Of a stretch of 54,413 nt of DNA, positions 30,463 to 40,549 are shown piece by piece. The DNA is taken from the NCBI GenBank assembly GCA_905612505.1, contig CAJQSH010000031.1, positions 1-54,413 on the forward strand, read 5' to 3'. Origin of the DNA: an uncultured Candidatus Pelagibacter sp. GTDB taxonomy: Bacteria > Pseudomonadota > Alphaproteobacteria > Pelagibacterales > Pelagibacteraceae. The notes below the pieces were generated by a model, which was not told the DNA's origin, made no database searches, and worked only from the letters and a program-made list of their open reading frames with translations. Both the position numbers and the translations under genes were made by a program. Position 1 is the stretch's first letter, and every line of letters begins with the position of its first letter.

Positions 30463-31020
30463 ATGCCTCCTTTAAAAACGCCAATATGTGATTTTAAAAC
30501 TAATGCTAACGATTTCCAATTAGACTCAACAGATAGTAAGCTTATTTCTTTAAACGACATTAAAGGTGAGGCTGGAACTTTGATTATGTTTATTTGTAAC
30601 CACTGTCCTTATGTGAAAGCAGTGATTTACGATATCGTTGAAGATTGTAAAAATTTAGAAAAATTTGGGATTAAAGCAGTAGCCATTTCATCTAACGATA
30701 CTGTTAACTATCCAGAAGACTCATTTAAAAATATGATTAATTTTTCTAAAGAACATCAATTTAGTTTTCCTTATCTTTTTGATAAAACTCAAAAAGTTGC
30801 AAAAAATTATAACGCAGTATGCACTCCTGATTTTTTTGGTTTTAATAATAGTTTAGAATTACAATACAGGGGAAGAATTAGAGAGTTAAAAAATTTAAAA
30901 CCAGTAAGAGTTGGTGAAAGTGATTTATTTAAAGCAATGAAGTTAATTAGTAAAACCGGCAAAGGTCCAAAAGAGCAAGTACCAAGCTTAGGTTGTAGTA
31001 TAAAGTGGATAAATAATTAA
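30463..31020 (+). CDS. Thioredoxin/AhpC-TSA family protein
   Basis: FICNHCPYV, YPEDSF, AVCTPDFF, SLGCSIKW. Confidence 0.92.
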   Translation: MPPLKTPICDFKTNANDFQLDSTDSKLISLNDIKGEAGTLIMFICNHCPYVKAVIYDIVEDCKNLEKFGIKAVAISSNDTVNYPEDSFKNMINFSKEHQFSFPYLFDKTQKVAKNYNAVCTPDFFGFNNSLELQYRGRIRELKNLKPVRVGESDLFKAMKLISKTGKGPKEQVPSLGCSIKWINN

Positions 31021-32102
31021 TGTATTTGGTGGTTACAAGAACTTTTCCACCTGAAATTGGTGGTATGCAAAATTTAATGTGGGGGTTAACTAAAGAACTC
31101 TCTAAAAACTATATGATAAAAGTATTTGCTGATTATTATGAAAATTATGAAGTGTTTGATGAACAGGTTTCCTTTTCAATAGAAAGAGTTAGTGGATTGA
31201 AACTTCTTAGAAAATATAGAAAAGCTCAACTAATCAACGAATTTATAAAAGAAAATAAGATTGATGGAATAATTGCAGATCATTGGAAAAGCTTAGAATT
31301 AGTTAAAACTAATAAAAAAAAAATATGTCTTATTCATGGTAAGGAAATAAATCATGAAAAAGGAACAAATCTTAATAAAAGAGTTTTAAAAGTATTGAAT
31401 AATGTTGAAACGATAGTTGCTAACTCAGAATACACAAAAGAACTAGCTATCAGACTGGGGGTAAGAGATGAAAAAATTGTTGTTGTTAATCCAGGTGTAG
31501 ATAAAGTTAAGGAATTGAGTAAAAAAACTTTAGGTAAAGTTGATAATCTATTAAAACAAAAAACACCAAGATTAATTACCGTCTCTAGATTTGATAAAAG
31601 AAAAAATCATGAAAAAGTGATCATGGCATTAAGAAATTTAAAACAAATTTATCCTGACATTGTGTATATTTGTATTGGCTATGGTGATGAGGAAAAAAAT
31701 ATAAAAAAACTTGTTGAAGAGTTGGGCTTAAAAGAACAAGTGATGTTTTTTAAAAATATTTCAAATGAACTTAAAAACTCACTATTAGCCAAATCAGATA
31801 TTTTTGTAATGCCTTCGATAATTTATAAAAAATCGGTTGAAGGATTCGGTATTGCTTATGTGGAAGCTGCACAATATGGAGTACCCTCTATAGGAGGTAT
31901 AGATGGAGGCGCATCTGATGCAATCAATCATGAAAAAACTGGATTAATCTGTAACGGTAATAATTTAGATGAAATTTATTTTTCTATTAACTCAATGCTA
32001 GAAAACAAAAAATATTTAGAATATGGAAAAGCTGCTAAAGAAAATTCAGAAAAATTTAAGTGGAAAAAAATAATTATGGGCTATGAAAAAATTCTAAGTT
32101 AA
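31020..32102 (+). CDS. Glycosyltransferase family 4
   Basis: FPPEIGGMQ, RKNH, EGFGIAYVEA. Confidence 0.92.
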   Translation: MYLVVTRTFPPEIGGMQNLMWGLTKELSKNYMIKVFADYYENYEVFDEQVSFSIERVSGLKLLRKYRKAQLINEFIKENKIDGIIADHWKSLELVKTNKKKICLIHGKEINHEKGTNLNKRVLKVLNNVETIVANSEYTKELAIRLGVRDEKIVVVNPGVDKVKELSKKTLGKVDNLLKQKTPRLITVSRFDKRKNHEKVIMALRNLKQIYPDIVYICIGYGDEEKNIKKLVEELGLKEQVMFFKNISNELKNSLLAKSDIFVMPSIIYKKSVEGFGIAYVEAAQYGVPSIGGIDGGASDAINHEKTGLICNGNNLDEIYFSINSMLENKKYLEYGKAAKENSEKFKWKKIIMGYEKILS

Positions 32103-33026
32103 AATTTTTTCTAAAACTTTTTTTGCACTAAGTTTTTTTAAATCAGAAACTTGTATTGCTTTAAAATTTATTCTTTCAATACTGACTTTGTATGCTGTTA
32201 TATGTTTACCAAATAAAGTTAACCCCTTAACACCTAAATGTGCAGACATATGTGCTGGACCAGTATCGTTAGCTACAACAAAGGAACTATCTTTAATTAG
32301 AGTGGCTAGCTGGGAAATATTAAGAGCTTTATCATTGTCTAAAATTATCAAGGCATTAATATTTTTTGCCTCATTGATTTCTGCAGGTCCAGGTGCAACA
32401 ACTATTTTAAATTGATCTGCAAACTTAACTTTAATTAAATCTATCAATTCATTGTAATGGGGCCACTTCTTGTGGACTAAGTGAGGAGAACAAAATGGAA
32501 AAAAAATTATATATTTTTTTAAAACAAACATTTTTTTGATATGATCTATATTGCTACAGGCCCAGCTAAAATTAGGATTGATGGTATTAAATGTATTAAT
32601 ACCAGATTCTTTTAATTGATGCTCAAATCTATTTAACACAGGATTTTTATCAAACTCATCTTTTATAATATAGTTTGGAAGAGTTGTTGCAGAGCTAGAC
32701 CATGTATTTGAATTAGCTTTTGGAAATAAGATTCTTTTATAAAGCGCTGTTCTTGAAGAATTCTGAAGATCATAAACTTTTTTAAAATTAAATTTTTTTA
32801 AATTCTTCGTTAACAAATATAAATAAATTAGATTAAATCTTGATAATCTTTTGTCTAAAATAACATTATGAATAAATGGATTCTTTTTAAAAAGCTCAAA
32901 ATATGCTTTAGTTGTTAATAAGTGTACATGATCATTTTTATGATTTTCAAAAATATCTTGAATTGCACCACTAGCTTGAGCTATATCTCCTAAAGAACCA
33001 TGTTTTATAATTAAAATATTCGACAT
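32094..33026 (-). CDS. Glycosyltransferase family 9 (heptosyltransferase-like)
   Basis: IKHGSLGDI, YDLQ, KKWP, ANDTGPAHMSA. Confidence 0.9.
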   Translation of the reverse strand: MSNILIIKHGSLGDIAQASGAIQDIFENHKNDHVHLLTTKAYFELFKKNPFIHNVILDKRLSRFNLIYLYLLTKNLKKFNFKKVYDLQNSSRTALYKRILFPKANSNTWSSSATTLPNYIIKDEFDKNPVLNRFEHQLKESGINTFNTINPNFSWACSNIDHIKKMFVLKKYIIFFPFCSPHLVHKKWPHYNELIDLIKVKFADQFKIVVAPGPAEINEAKNINALIILDNDKALNISQLATLIKDSSFVVANDTGPAHMSAHLGVKGLTLFGKHITAYKVSIERINFKAIQVSDLKKLSAKKVLEKILT

Positions 33027-33058
33027 AATTTTAACAACTTAACATACTATAAAATTTT

Positions 33059-33448
33059 ATGAATAAAATTCTAGTTGAAGTATCAGTTGGGGAACTTTTA
33101 GATAAGATATCTATTTTAGAAATTAAAAAAAAAAAGATTATAGACTCTGAAAAACTTAAATTTATTAACGATGAGCATGCTATTTTAAAAGACCAATTAG
33201 ATAAAAATGTTAAATCTAATGAAAAAATAGAAAAATTATTTGAAACTCTAAAAGAAATTAATCAAAGGCTTTGGATTATAGAAGATGATAAAAGAATGTG
33301 TGAAAAAAACTCAGACTTTGGTGATAAATTTATAAAACTTTCAAGAGATGTTCATTTTTTAAATGATGACAGGGCTAAAATTAAATTAGAAATTAACGAT
33401 CAAACTGGATCTAAAATTAAAGAAATTAAAGAATACACATCTTATTAA
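33059..33448 (+). CDS. DUF6165-like conserved protein
   Basis: VSVGELLDKISILEIK, LWIIEDDKR, NDDRAKIK, EIKEY. Confidence 0.8.
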   Translation: MNKILVEVSVGELLDKISILEIKKKKIIDSEKLKFINDEHAILKDQLDKNVKSNEKIEKLFETLKEINQRLWIIEDDKRMCEKNSDFGDKFIKLSRDVHFLNDDRAKIKLEINDQTGSKIKEIKEYTSY

Positions 33449-33460
33449 CCATTAAATTCA

Positions 33461-34321
33461 ATGAAAGAATTATTTTTTAAAAAAAATCATCCCAATTGGT
33501 CTCATCAAGAAATGATAAATGAATTAGAATTTTTTTCTAATATTTATGAAGACAGACCAATCAAAGATAATGTTGGTGGTATGAAATTTGCCCATGGGTT
33601 TGCCCTATATTTTATACTTAAAAAAATTAACCCAGAGTTAGTTATTGAAAATGGAATTTTCAGAGGACAATCAACTTGATTAATTGAAAGAACTTTACCT
33701 AATGCAAATATAATATCTATTGATATAGATTTAAGTAAAAGAATTTACATATCAAAAAAAGTTAAATATTCAAATATAGATTTTAAATTTCATGATTTTT
33801 CAAATATACCTGAAAATACACTGGTTCTATTTGATGATCATGTAAATCATGTTGATAGAATTAAAGAAGCTAATTATTTTAAAATAAAAAATATAATTGT
33901 CGATGATAACTATCCTTCTAATTTAGGAGACTTTCAAACAATCAAACAGTGCTATCAAAAACACAGCTACATTCACAGACTTAAATTTTTAAGTATTTTT
34001 AAAACTTTTTTTTTATTTAATAAAATTTTATTTAAAAAAATATTTTCAAAAGATTACAATGCACAAATTGATTTAAATGAGATAACAAATAGAATACGTG
34101 ATAGTCACTCAAACAATAATGAATTTAACAATGTTAAAAAAATTATAGATATATATTATGAATTTCCACCTATTGTTGAACAATTACCTGATATCAACGA
34201 CTCTAATAAAATATATAAAAAAACTGAAAAGCACTTAATTGATAAAATTAATAAGAAACTAATCAAATATAAATCAGAATTAAAACTTTATAATTATTTA
34301 GCTTACATAAAACTAAAATAG
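33461..34321 (+). pseudogene. Methyltransferase-like hypothetical gene with one in-frame TGA at 33677-33679
   Basis: ORF 33461..33679 continues in the same frame without further stops (LIERTLPNANIISID...LFDDH...VDDNY...YYEFPP) to TAG at 34319-34321. Confidence 0.75.
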
Positions 34322-34322
34322 T

Positions 34323-35000
34323 CTACTGCTGATAGTTAAATCTTTTTTCTAAATATTTAATCAAATTATGGATTATAAAAGTCATAAATAGATAAATACC
34401 TCCAGCCATAAAGAATATTTCTAGTGGTTTATATGTTGTTGAAACAATATGTTTAGCAACACCAGTTATGTCCATTAGTGTTACAGTGCTTGCTAGAGAT
34501 GTTCCCTTCATCATTAATATAATTTCATTTCCATAAGCAGGTAAAGATTGTCTAATGGCTACTGGTATTTGAATTTTATAAAAGATAATCTTATTTGATA
34601 CTCCTAAACTTTTACCAGCCTCAATAATTCCAGGTTTAATAGTTTCAAACGCTGATCTTAAAATTTCTGATGTATAAGCTCCAGTATTCAAAGCAAAAGC
34701 AATAGTTGCGCACCAATAAGGCTCTTTAAAAATAATCCAAAGAACAGTTGATCTAAAATATTCTATTTGCCCTAAACCAAAATAAATTATGAATATTTGA
34801 ACTAATAAAGGGGTTCCTCTAAATACATAAGAGTATCCATAAGCAAATTTACTTATAATTGGATTTTTATTTAATCTTAATATTGCAAATAAAAGACCAA
34901 TAATTAAACCAAAAAATAATGATAATAATAAAAGTTTTAAAGTTATAATTGTTGCGCTTAATAATTTTGGCAAGCTTGCATACATTAGACCTAGATCCAT
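34323..35000 (-). CDS. Polar amino-acid ABC transporter permease (HisM/OccM-like)
   Basis: FRGTPLLVQ, AYTSEILR, EAG loop, KGTSLAS. Confidence 0.93.
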   Translation of the reverse strand: MDLGLMYASLPKLLSATIITLKLLLLSLFFGLIIGLLFAILRLNKNPIISKFAYGYSYVFRGTPLLVQIFIIYFGLGQIEYFRSTVLWIIFKEPYWCATIAFALNTGAYTSEILRSAFETIKPGIIEAGKSLGVSNKIIFYKIQIPVAIRQSLPAYGNEIILMMKGTSLASTVTLMDITGVAKHIVSTTYKPLEIFFMAGGIYLFMTFIIHNLIKYLEKRFNYQQ

Positions 35001-35692
35001 TAAAAACCCCTACTATATTTAACTTCAAGTCTATTAATTAATTTCATACTTAAAAAAGTTATCATTAAATATAAAACTGCAGCAAAAGAATAAAAAAATA
35101 ATGGGTCTCTTGTTGATCCTGCTGCAATATATGATTGTCTCATAATTTCGACTAAACCTGTCACCGATATTAAAGAAGTGTCTTTTAATGTTATTTGCCA
35201 AACATTACTTAAATTAGGAATGGCTAATCTTAACATTTGTGGCATAATTACTTTCAAAAAATAAATATGTTTCTTAAAGCCTAAAACTTTACAGGCTTCA
35301 AACTGACCTTCATCTACTGATTTGATAGCTCCTCTAAAAACTTCTGTTGAGTATGCACCCGAAATAATACCAATTGCAACTGATCCTGTGATAAATGCAT
35401 TTATTTCAATGTATTCAAAGTATCCAAATATTGAGGCAACATACATTATTGCACCGCTACCTCCAAAAAAGAAAAGGTAAATTACGAGAAGCTCTGGAAC
35501 ACCTCTAATAACTGTAGTGTAAGAATTGCCTATAAAATTTAAAAATTTATTATTTGATAATTTAAGAGGTGTAAAAATTATAGAAAATAAAAAACCAATT
35601 AACATAGCTGTAATTGAAACAGCAATAGTCATTAAAGTTGCATAAAACAACTCATCACCCCAGCCAGTTTTTCCGAAAGATAAAAGATCCAT
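35000..35692 (-). CDS. Polar amino-acid ABC transporter permease (HisQ/OccQ-like)
   Basis: RGVPELL, GAYSTEVFRGA, GQFEA, KDTSLISV. Confidence 0.93.
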   Translation of the reverse strand: MDLLSFGKTGWGDELFYATLMTIAVSITAMLIGFLFSIIFTPLKLSNNKFLNFIGNSYTTVIRGVPELLVIYLFFFGGSGAIMYVASIFGYFEYIEINAFITGSVAIGIISGAYSTEVFRGAIKSVDEGQFEACKVLGFKKHIYFLKVIMPQMLRLAIPNLSNVWQITLKDTSLISVTGLVEIMRQSYIAAGSTRDPLFFYSFAAVLYLMITFLSMKLINRLEVKYSRGF

Positions 35693-35695
35693 ATC

Positions 35696-35727
35696 GAAAG
35701 AGCGACTAAATAAATAGTCGCCTTTTC
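35696..35727 (-). terminator. Stem-loop between the binding-protein and permease genes (terminator or mRNA stabiliser)
   Basis: gaaagagcgacta-aataaa-tagtcgccttttc inverted repeat. Confidence 0.6.
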
Positions 35728-35737
35728 AAAATATTAA

Positions 35738-36589
35738 TTACATAGAAGCGTCAAAGCCAAAATGCTTGATCGCTAATTTACTTATGATTCCTTGTTTTCT
35801 AGCTGTGTTAATAGCTTTATTGAAATCTTTAAGAAGTTGAGCATCTCTTTTTCCAATTGTGTCAACTCCACCTTGTCTCATTCCAACACCAACACCATTT
35901 CCAAAATCACCACCTGAAAAAGTTGGACCAACTAGTACAACAGATTTACCAGATTTTTCTGCATAGTCAGTGAATGCGACGGCTGCTGCTAAAGCAACAT
36001 CACATCTACCAGCTACTAAATCTAAATTAACCTCATCTTGCGTTTTGTAAGTTCTAACATTTACTTTACCTACATCACCTGACTCTAAAAAGTTTTGGTG
36101 AATAGTTCCAGTTTGTGTACAAACAGTTTTTCCAGCTAAAGCTGCTTTGATAGTCTTTAAAGCTTTTTTAGCATCACCATTTGGACTTGAAAGACCAATC
36201 CCTGCAGGAGTTTTCATTCCTTCAAGACTTGAACCCTTCATTACAGCAAGTGCAGCAACTTCATCTGCATAACCTTGTGAAAAAGTAATTGTTTTTTGTC
36301 TTTCAGCAGTAATTGACATTCCTGCCATGATCGCATCAAACTTTCTCATTAACAAAGCTGGAATCATTCCATCCCAATCTTGTTCAACGATAGTACACTC
36401 ATGACCCATGATAACACAAAGTTCATTTGCTAATTCAACCTCAAAACCAATAAGTGCACCCGATGCATCTTTAGAGTTCCAAGGAGGGTAAGCGCCTTCT
36501 GTTCCAATCTTTATTTTGTCAGCAAAAACATTACCAATTAATAATAAAGAAGCGAGAACAGTTAAAATTGTTTTTTTAAATATATTCAT
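35738..36589 (-). CDS. Polar amino-acid (Arg/Lys/Orn/octopine-like) ABC transporter substrate-binding protein
   Basis: Signal peptide, GTEGAYPPWN, QDWDGMIPAL, FDAIMAGMSITAER. Confidence 0.93.
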   Translation of the reverse strand: MNIFKKTILTVLASLLLIGNVFADKIKIGTEGAYPPWNSKDASGALIGFEVELANELCVIMGHECTIVEQDWDGMIPALLMRKFDAIMAGMSITAERQKTITFSQGYADEVAALAVMKGSSLEGMKTPAGIGLSSPNGDAKKALKTIKAALAGKTVCTQTGTIHQNFLESGDVGKVNVRTYKTQDEVNLDLVAGRCDVALAAAVAFTDYAEKSGKSVVLVGPTFSGGDFGNGVGVGMRQGGVDTIGKRDAQLLKDFNKAINTARKQGIISKLAIKHFGFDASM

Positions 36590-36649
36590 TATTTCCTCCG
36601 TTAATTATTAATAATTATTTCATAATTTTAATAATTTAAAAAGAAAATT

Positions 36650-37690
36650 TTAATGATTAATTGAAGAAGAAAAGTTCCAAGAACAATCAAAGCTTGGAAT
36701 ATAAACCCTATCTAAAGTTGTATTTCCGAAGTTTTTGTTAAAAACATCTAGCCATTTTTCCACTTGTTGAGGTTTTTTGTCTTGACTCCCAACCTGGGCT
36801 GTTATCACACCATTTGGTTTTAATATTCTAATTAAAGATTCCATGTTTTTTGCAGCAAGATCTATACAAAATTGATCATCATTAAGATCTACAAAAATTT
36901 TATCATATTTATCATCTTCAACTAATTTAATATTTTCAAAGGCATCTCCCCAAATACATTTAACAGAATTTTTTTCTGTAGACTTATTTCCAATTTTTCC
37001 TAAATGTTTATTACATACATCGACTACCTCTGGATCTAGCTCGTACCAGTCTATAAAATTGAATCCTTTTGAAATACATTCTCTTGTGACACCTCCATCA
37101 CCTCCACCTATGATAGCGGCGTTCTCTATATCTTTGTTAAGTTTTAATGCAGCATTAACAAAAGTTGAGCTATATAAATATTCGTCATTTGCAGCAACTT
37201 GTATTTCATTATCTATAAAAAGAGATTTTCCAAACTGTTCTAAATCTAATATCTCTATATGTTGTCCTATTTTTGAATTAAAATCTTCTAGGACATCATT
37301 TACTACATAAGATTTTTGTAAACCTGATGAACTATAAATATCATGATAAAGATCCTTGGTGTCTCTATTAAATTTTTTTTTAATTATTCTTTTGTGCTTA
37401 AATTCTTTTTTAACAATATCTAAAGCAACCGATGGGCTAATATTTCCACATGTAAAAAAATCAAAACTTATAATTCCTTTTTCTGGGAAAGTATGAAAAC
37501 TAATATGGCTTTCTGCTAATAAAGCTAAAATTGTAAATCCTTGAGGTTCAAATTTATATTTAGAAACTTTTAGGACAGTTACATTTGCTGCTTTTGCAAT
37601 CTTGTTAATAACACTTTCAAATAAAGAAGGGTTATATTCCTGAGTAGTTCCAATAATATCTAAGGTTATATGTTCCCCAACTTTAGTCAT
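36650..37690 (-). CDS. speD: Fused S-adenosylmethionine decarboxylase / spermidine synthase
   Basis: N-terminal LAESHISFHTFPE (pyruvoyl cleavage site) and DFFTCG; C-terminal IIGGGDGG, YELDPEVV, IFVDL of SpeE. Confidence 0.9.
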   Translation of the reverse strand: MTKVGEHITLDIIGTTQEYNPSLFESVINKIAKAANVTVLKVSKYKFEPQGFTILALLAESHISFHTFPEKGIISFDFFTCGNISPSVALDIVKKEFKHKRIIKKKFNRDTKDLYHDIYSSSGLQKSYVVNDVLEDFNSKIGQHIEILDLEQFGKSLFIDNEIQVAANDEYLYSSTFVNAALKLNKDIENAAIIGGGDGGVTRECISKGFNFIDWYELDPEVVDVCNKHLGKIGNKSTEKNSVKCIWGDAFENIKLVEDDKYDKIFVDLNDDQFCIDLAAKNMESLIRILKPNGVITAQVGSQDKKPQQVEKWLDVFNKNFGNTTLDRVYIPSFDCSWNFSSSINH

Positions 37691-37695
37691 AAAAA

Positions 37696-38361
37696 TTACC
37701 CACTTTTATAATTTTTTATTTTACCTAAAATTTTTTCCATCTCTGTAAATGAAAGAATTTTAGGTTTTCCAAGTTTTAATGCAATAATGTATTGATGGCA
37801 AATATTTTCAACTTCTTGAGCAAGCTCAAAAGCTGTGGATAAGTTTTTTCCAAATGCAACTTGTCCATGATTTGACATTAAACATGCTTTTCTATTTTCT
37901 AAGGCTTTAATTATATTCACAGATAATTCATTGGTCCCAAAAGTTGCATATTCAGAACACTTTATATCCTCACCTCCTGCAAGAGCTATCATATAATGAA
38001 AAGCAGGAACTGGCTTTCCATGAGATGATACTGCAGTTGCGTTTGGTGAGTGCGCATGAACTATTGCTTTAGCCTCCCATTTATTTTTATATATATCTTG
38101 ATGAAACCTCCATTCTGAAGATGGATTTTTTCCTGAATTAAACCAAGAAAGAAAATCTTTTTCCTCGTTTAAGGATAAAAAAACAACATCACCAGGTTTT
38201 AGATTTTCATATTTTTTTCCAGACGGTGTTATAAAAAAACCCTCAACTTCTTCTTGAATTCCTCTAACAGATATATTTCCAGATCTTAAAGGTGATAAGT
38301 TTGTAATATTTAACTTTTTTGAATATTCAATTACTTGTTCTCGTTCTTTTAAATTTAACAC
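37696..38361 (-). CDS. Class II aldolase (FucA-like; probable methylthio/deoxy-ribulose-1-phosphate aldolase)
   Basis: SGNIS, ITPSG, PSSEWRFH, VHAHS, MSNHG; in the mtnP-mtnA operon. Confidence 0.85.
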   Translation of the reverse strand: MLNLKEREQVIEYSKKLNITNLSPLRSGNISVRGIQEEVEGFFITPSGKKYENLKPGDVVFLSLNEEKDFLSWFNSGKNPSSEWRFHQDIYKNKWEAKAIVHAHSPNATAVSSHGKPVPAFHYMIALAGGEDIKCSEYATFGTNELSVNIIKALENRKACLMSNHGQVAFGKNLSTAFELAQEVENICHQYIIALKLGKPKILSFTEMEKILGKIKNYKSG

Positions 38362-38366
38362 TTTGA

Positions 38367-38564
38367 TTATTTATCTTTATTTTTTTTTATCTCTTCTTCA
38401 CAAAACTTTTTAGCTTCTTTAAGGTCTGCTATCTTAGATTTGGATAATTTCTGACTTCCAGCCAAACAAGCATCAACTGCTCTTTTTAAATTGTGATCGC
38501 TAAATTTTAAAATAACAACCATTCCAAGCACTATAAATATAAATATTAAAATGTTTTTTATCAT
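38367..38564 (-). CDS. Small membrane-anchored hypothetical protein
   Basis: N-terminal TM helix, two Cys; overlaps the mtnA stop codon. Confidence 0.7.
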   Translation of the reverse strand: MIKNILIFIFIVLGMVVILKFSDHNLKRAVDACLAGSQKLSKSKIADLKEAKKFCEEEIKKNKDK

Positions 38565-39637
38565 TTAAATAAACCTTTTAATCCTTCTGCAGATGCTTCA
38601 CAAACACCTTTTTCTGTTATCAATCTAGTTACATATTTTGCAGGGGTTACATCAAAGGCTAAATTCATAGATTTGCTTTTTTTTGGGTAAATTAATATCT
38701 TTTTAACATTTCCACTTTCGTCTAAGCCTTCTAAATGAGATAATTCTTCTGAATTTCTTTCTTCAATTGGAATATCTTTAAAGTCTTTTGTATCCCAGTC
38801 AATTGTAGAACTTGGTAAAGCCACATAAAAAGGTATACCATTATCATATGCTGCTAATGCCTTAAGATAAGTTCCAATTTTATTACAAACATCGCCTGTT
38901 GATAAAGTTCTATCAGTCCCAACAATACACATGTCAACATCGCCTCTCTGCATTAATATTCCACCAGTGTTATCTGCAATTATTGTATTGGGGATTTCCT
39001 CTTCATTTAATTCATATGATGTTAGATTAGCCCCTTGGTTTCTTGGTCTTGTCTCATCAACCCAAACATGAACTGGAATTCCTTTTTTATGAGCATGATA
39101 AATTGGTGAAGTAGCTGTGCCCCAGTTAATGGTTGCAAGCCAACCAGCATTACAGTGTGTTAAAATATTTACTGTATCTTTCTTTTTGTTATAGATTTCT
39201 TCAATAATCTTTAAACCATTTAATCCAATATTTTCACAAAATTTAATATCCTCATCACAAATTTCTTTTGCTTCGTATAGGGCTGTTTCTAAAACCTTAT
39301 TATTATTCACACCTAATATTTTTTTCATCATTCTATTTACGGCCCACTTTAAATTAATTGCAGTAGGTCTAGATTGAATCAAATCATTTGAACTTTCTTT
39401 AATAAAATATGGGTCATTTTTTTCAATAATAGCTAAAACTATTCCATAGGCTGCTGCTCCACCTATTAATGGAGCTCCCCTAACTTCCATTATTTTAATT
39501 GCGTTAATAATATCTTTAACAGTTTTTAAATCTTTAATTATAAAATTATGAGGGAGTTTTGTTTGGTCAATAATTTTTACTGTTTGTTTTTTTTCATCGA
39601 ACCAAATAGTGCGAAATTCTTTGCCTTCAATTTTCAT
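38561..39637 (-). CDS. mtnA: Methylthioribose-1-phosphate isomerase
   Basis: DQTKLP, VRGAPLIG, RPTAINL, LTHCNAGWLAT, DETRP, NKIGTY. Confidence 0.95.
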   Translation of the reverse strand: MKIEGKEFRTIWFDEKKQTVKIIDQTKLPHNFIIKDLKTVKDIINAIKIMEVRGAPLIGGAAAYGIVLAIIEKNDPYFIKESSNDLIQSRPTAINLKWAVNRMMKKILGVNNNKVLETALYEAKEICDEDIKFCENIGLNGLKIIEEIYNKKKDTVNILTHCNAGWLATINWGTATSPIYHAHKKGIPVHVWVDETRPRNQGANLTSYELNEEEIPNTIIADNTGGILMQRGDVDMCIVGTDRTLSTGDVCNKIGTYLKALAAYDNGIPFYVALPSSTIDWDTKDFKDIPIEERNSEELSHLEGLDESGNVKKILIYPKKSKSMNLAFDVTPAKYVTRLITEKGVCEASAEGLKGLFK

Positions 39638-40506
39638 TTATTTAAAACTCTTCCAGCAACTGTTTTTAATTTATCAATTGTTTTTTGTGTTCTTTTATCT
39701 GGGGCCGTTATAATTGCTACATCTAGACATTTATTTGTTAGATCATTTAAATCTATATGATTTTCAAAATTATCAATAATATTTTTTATCATATTTTTAG
39801 CTTTTTCTGCATTTTCAAGAAGTACTTTAATAATTTGCTGAACATCAACACTTGCATGATCTGGGTGCCAACAATCAAAGTCGGTTATCATTGATACGGA
39901 TGCATATCTAATTTCTGCCTCTCTAGCTAGTTTAGCTTCTGGCATGTTGGTCATTCCAATAACATCAGCCTTCCATGATTTGTATAGGTTAGATTCAGCT
40001 AATGTTGAAAATTGTGGTCCCTCCATAACAACATAAGTTCCACCTCTTTGATACTCTATATTTTCTTTTTTAATTGCTTCTTCACATGCATTCATTAACC
40101 CATTAGAAGTAGGGTGTGCCATTGAGACGTGGGCAACAATTTCATCATCGAAAAATGTTTTTTTTCTCGCAAAAGTTCTATCTATAAATTGATCAACGAT
40201 AACAAATTTTCCTGGGGCTAAGTTTTCTTTTAGAGATCCCACTGCTGAAACAGAAACAATATCAGTTATCCCTAATTGTTTAAAAGAATCAATATTTGCT
40301 CTAAAATTTATATTTGATGGTGAGATAGAATGTCCACGGCCATGTCGCGGTAAAAAATAAACATCTTTATTGTTAAATTTAGTTTTTAAAATTTTATCAG
40401 AAGGTTTTCCCCAAGGTGTATCTAGACTTATTAGCTCTCTATTTTTAAAATCTTCAACATCATAAAGGCCACTTCCACCAATAATTGCTAATTTATTATT
40501 TGCCAT
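39634..40506 (-). CDS. mtnP: S-methyl-5'-thioadenosine phosphorylase
   Basis: IIGGSGLY, TPWG, PRHG, EGPQFST, GMTNMPEAKLAREA, TDFDCW. Confidence 0.95.
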   Translation of the reverse strand: MANNKLAIIGGSGLYDVEDFKNRELISLDTPWGKPSDKILKTKFNNKDVYFLPRHGRGHSISPSNINFRANIDSFKQLGITDIVSVSAVGSLKENLAPGKFVIVDQFIDRTFARKKTFFDDEIVAHVSMAHPTSNGLMNACEEAIKKENIEYQRGGTYVVMEGPQFSTLAESNLYKSWKADVIGMTNMPEAKLAREAEIRYASVSMITDFDCWHPDHASVDVQQIIKVLLENAEKAKNMIKNIIDNFENHIDLNDLTNKCLDVAIITAPDKRTQKTIDKLKTVAGRVLNK

Positions 40507-40549
40507 ATCAAAAAAATTCTTTAAGATTTATATACTAATTTAAAATTAA

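Noticed and set aside
29372-33679. Two in-frame TGA codons at likely Trp positions (29372-74 and 33677-79), suggesting TGA=Trp recoding
   Set aside because: TGA ends normal genes here (glmS, gph), Trp is TGG in intact genes, and the first gene also has a TAA and frameshifts; simple G-to-A nonsense changes explain it
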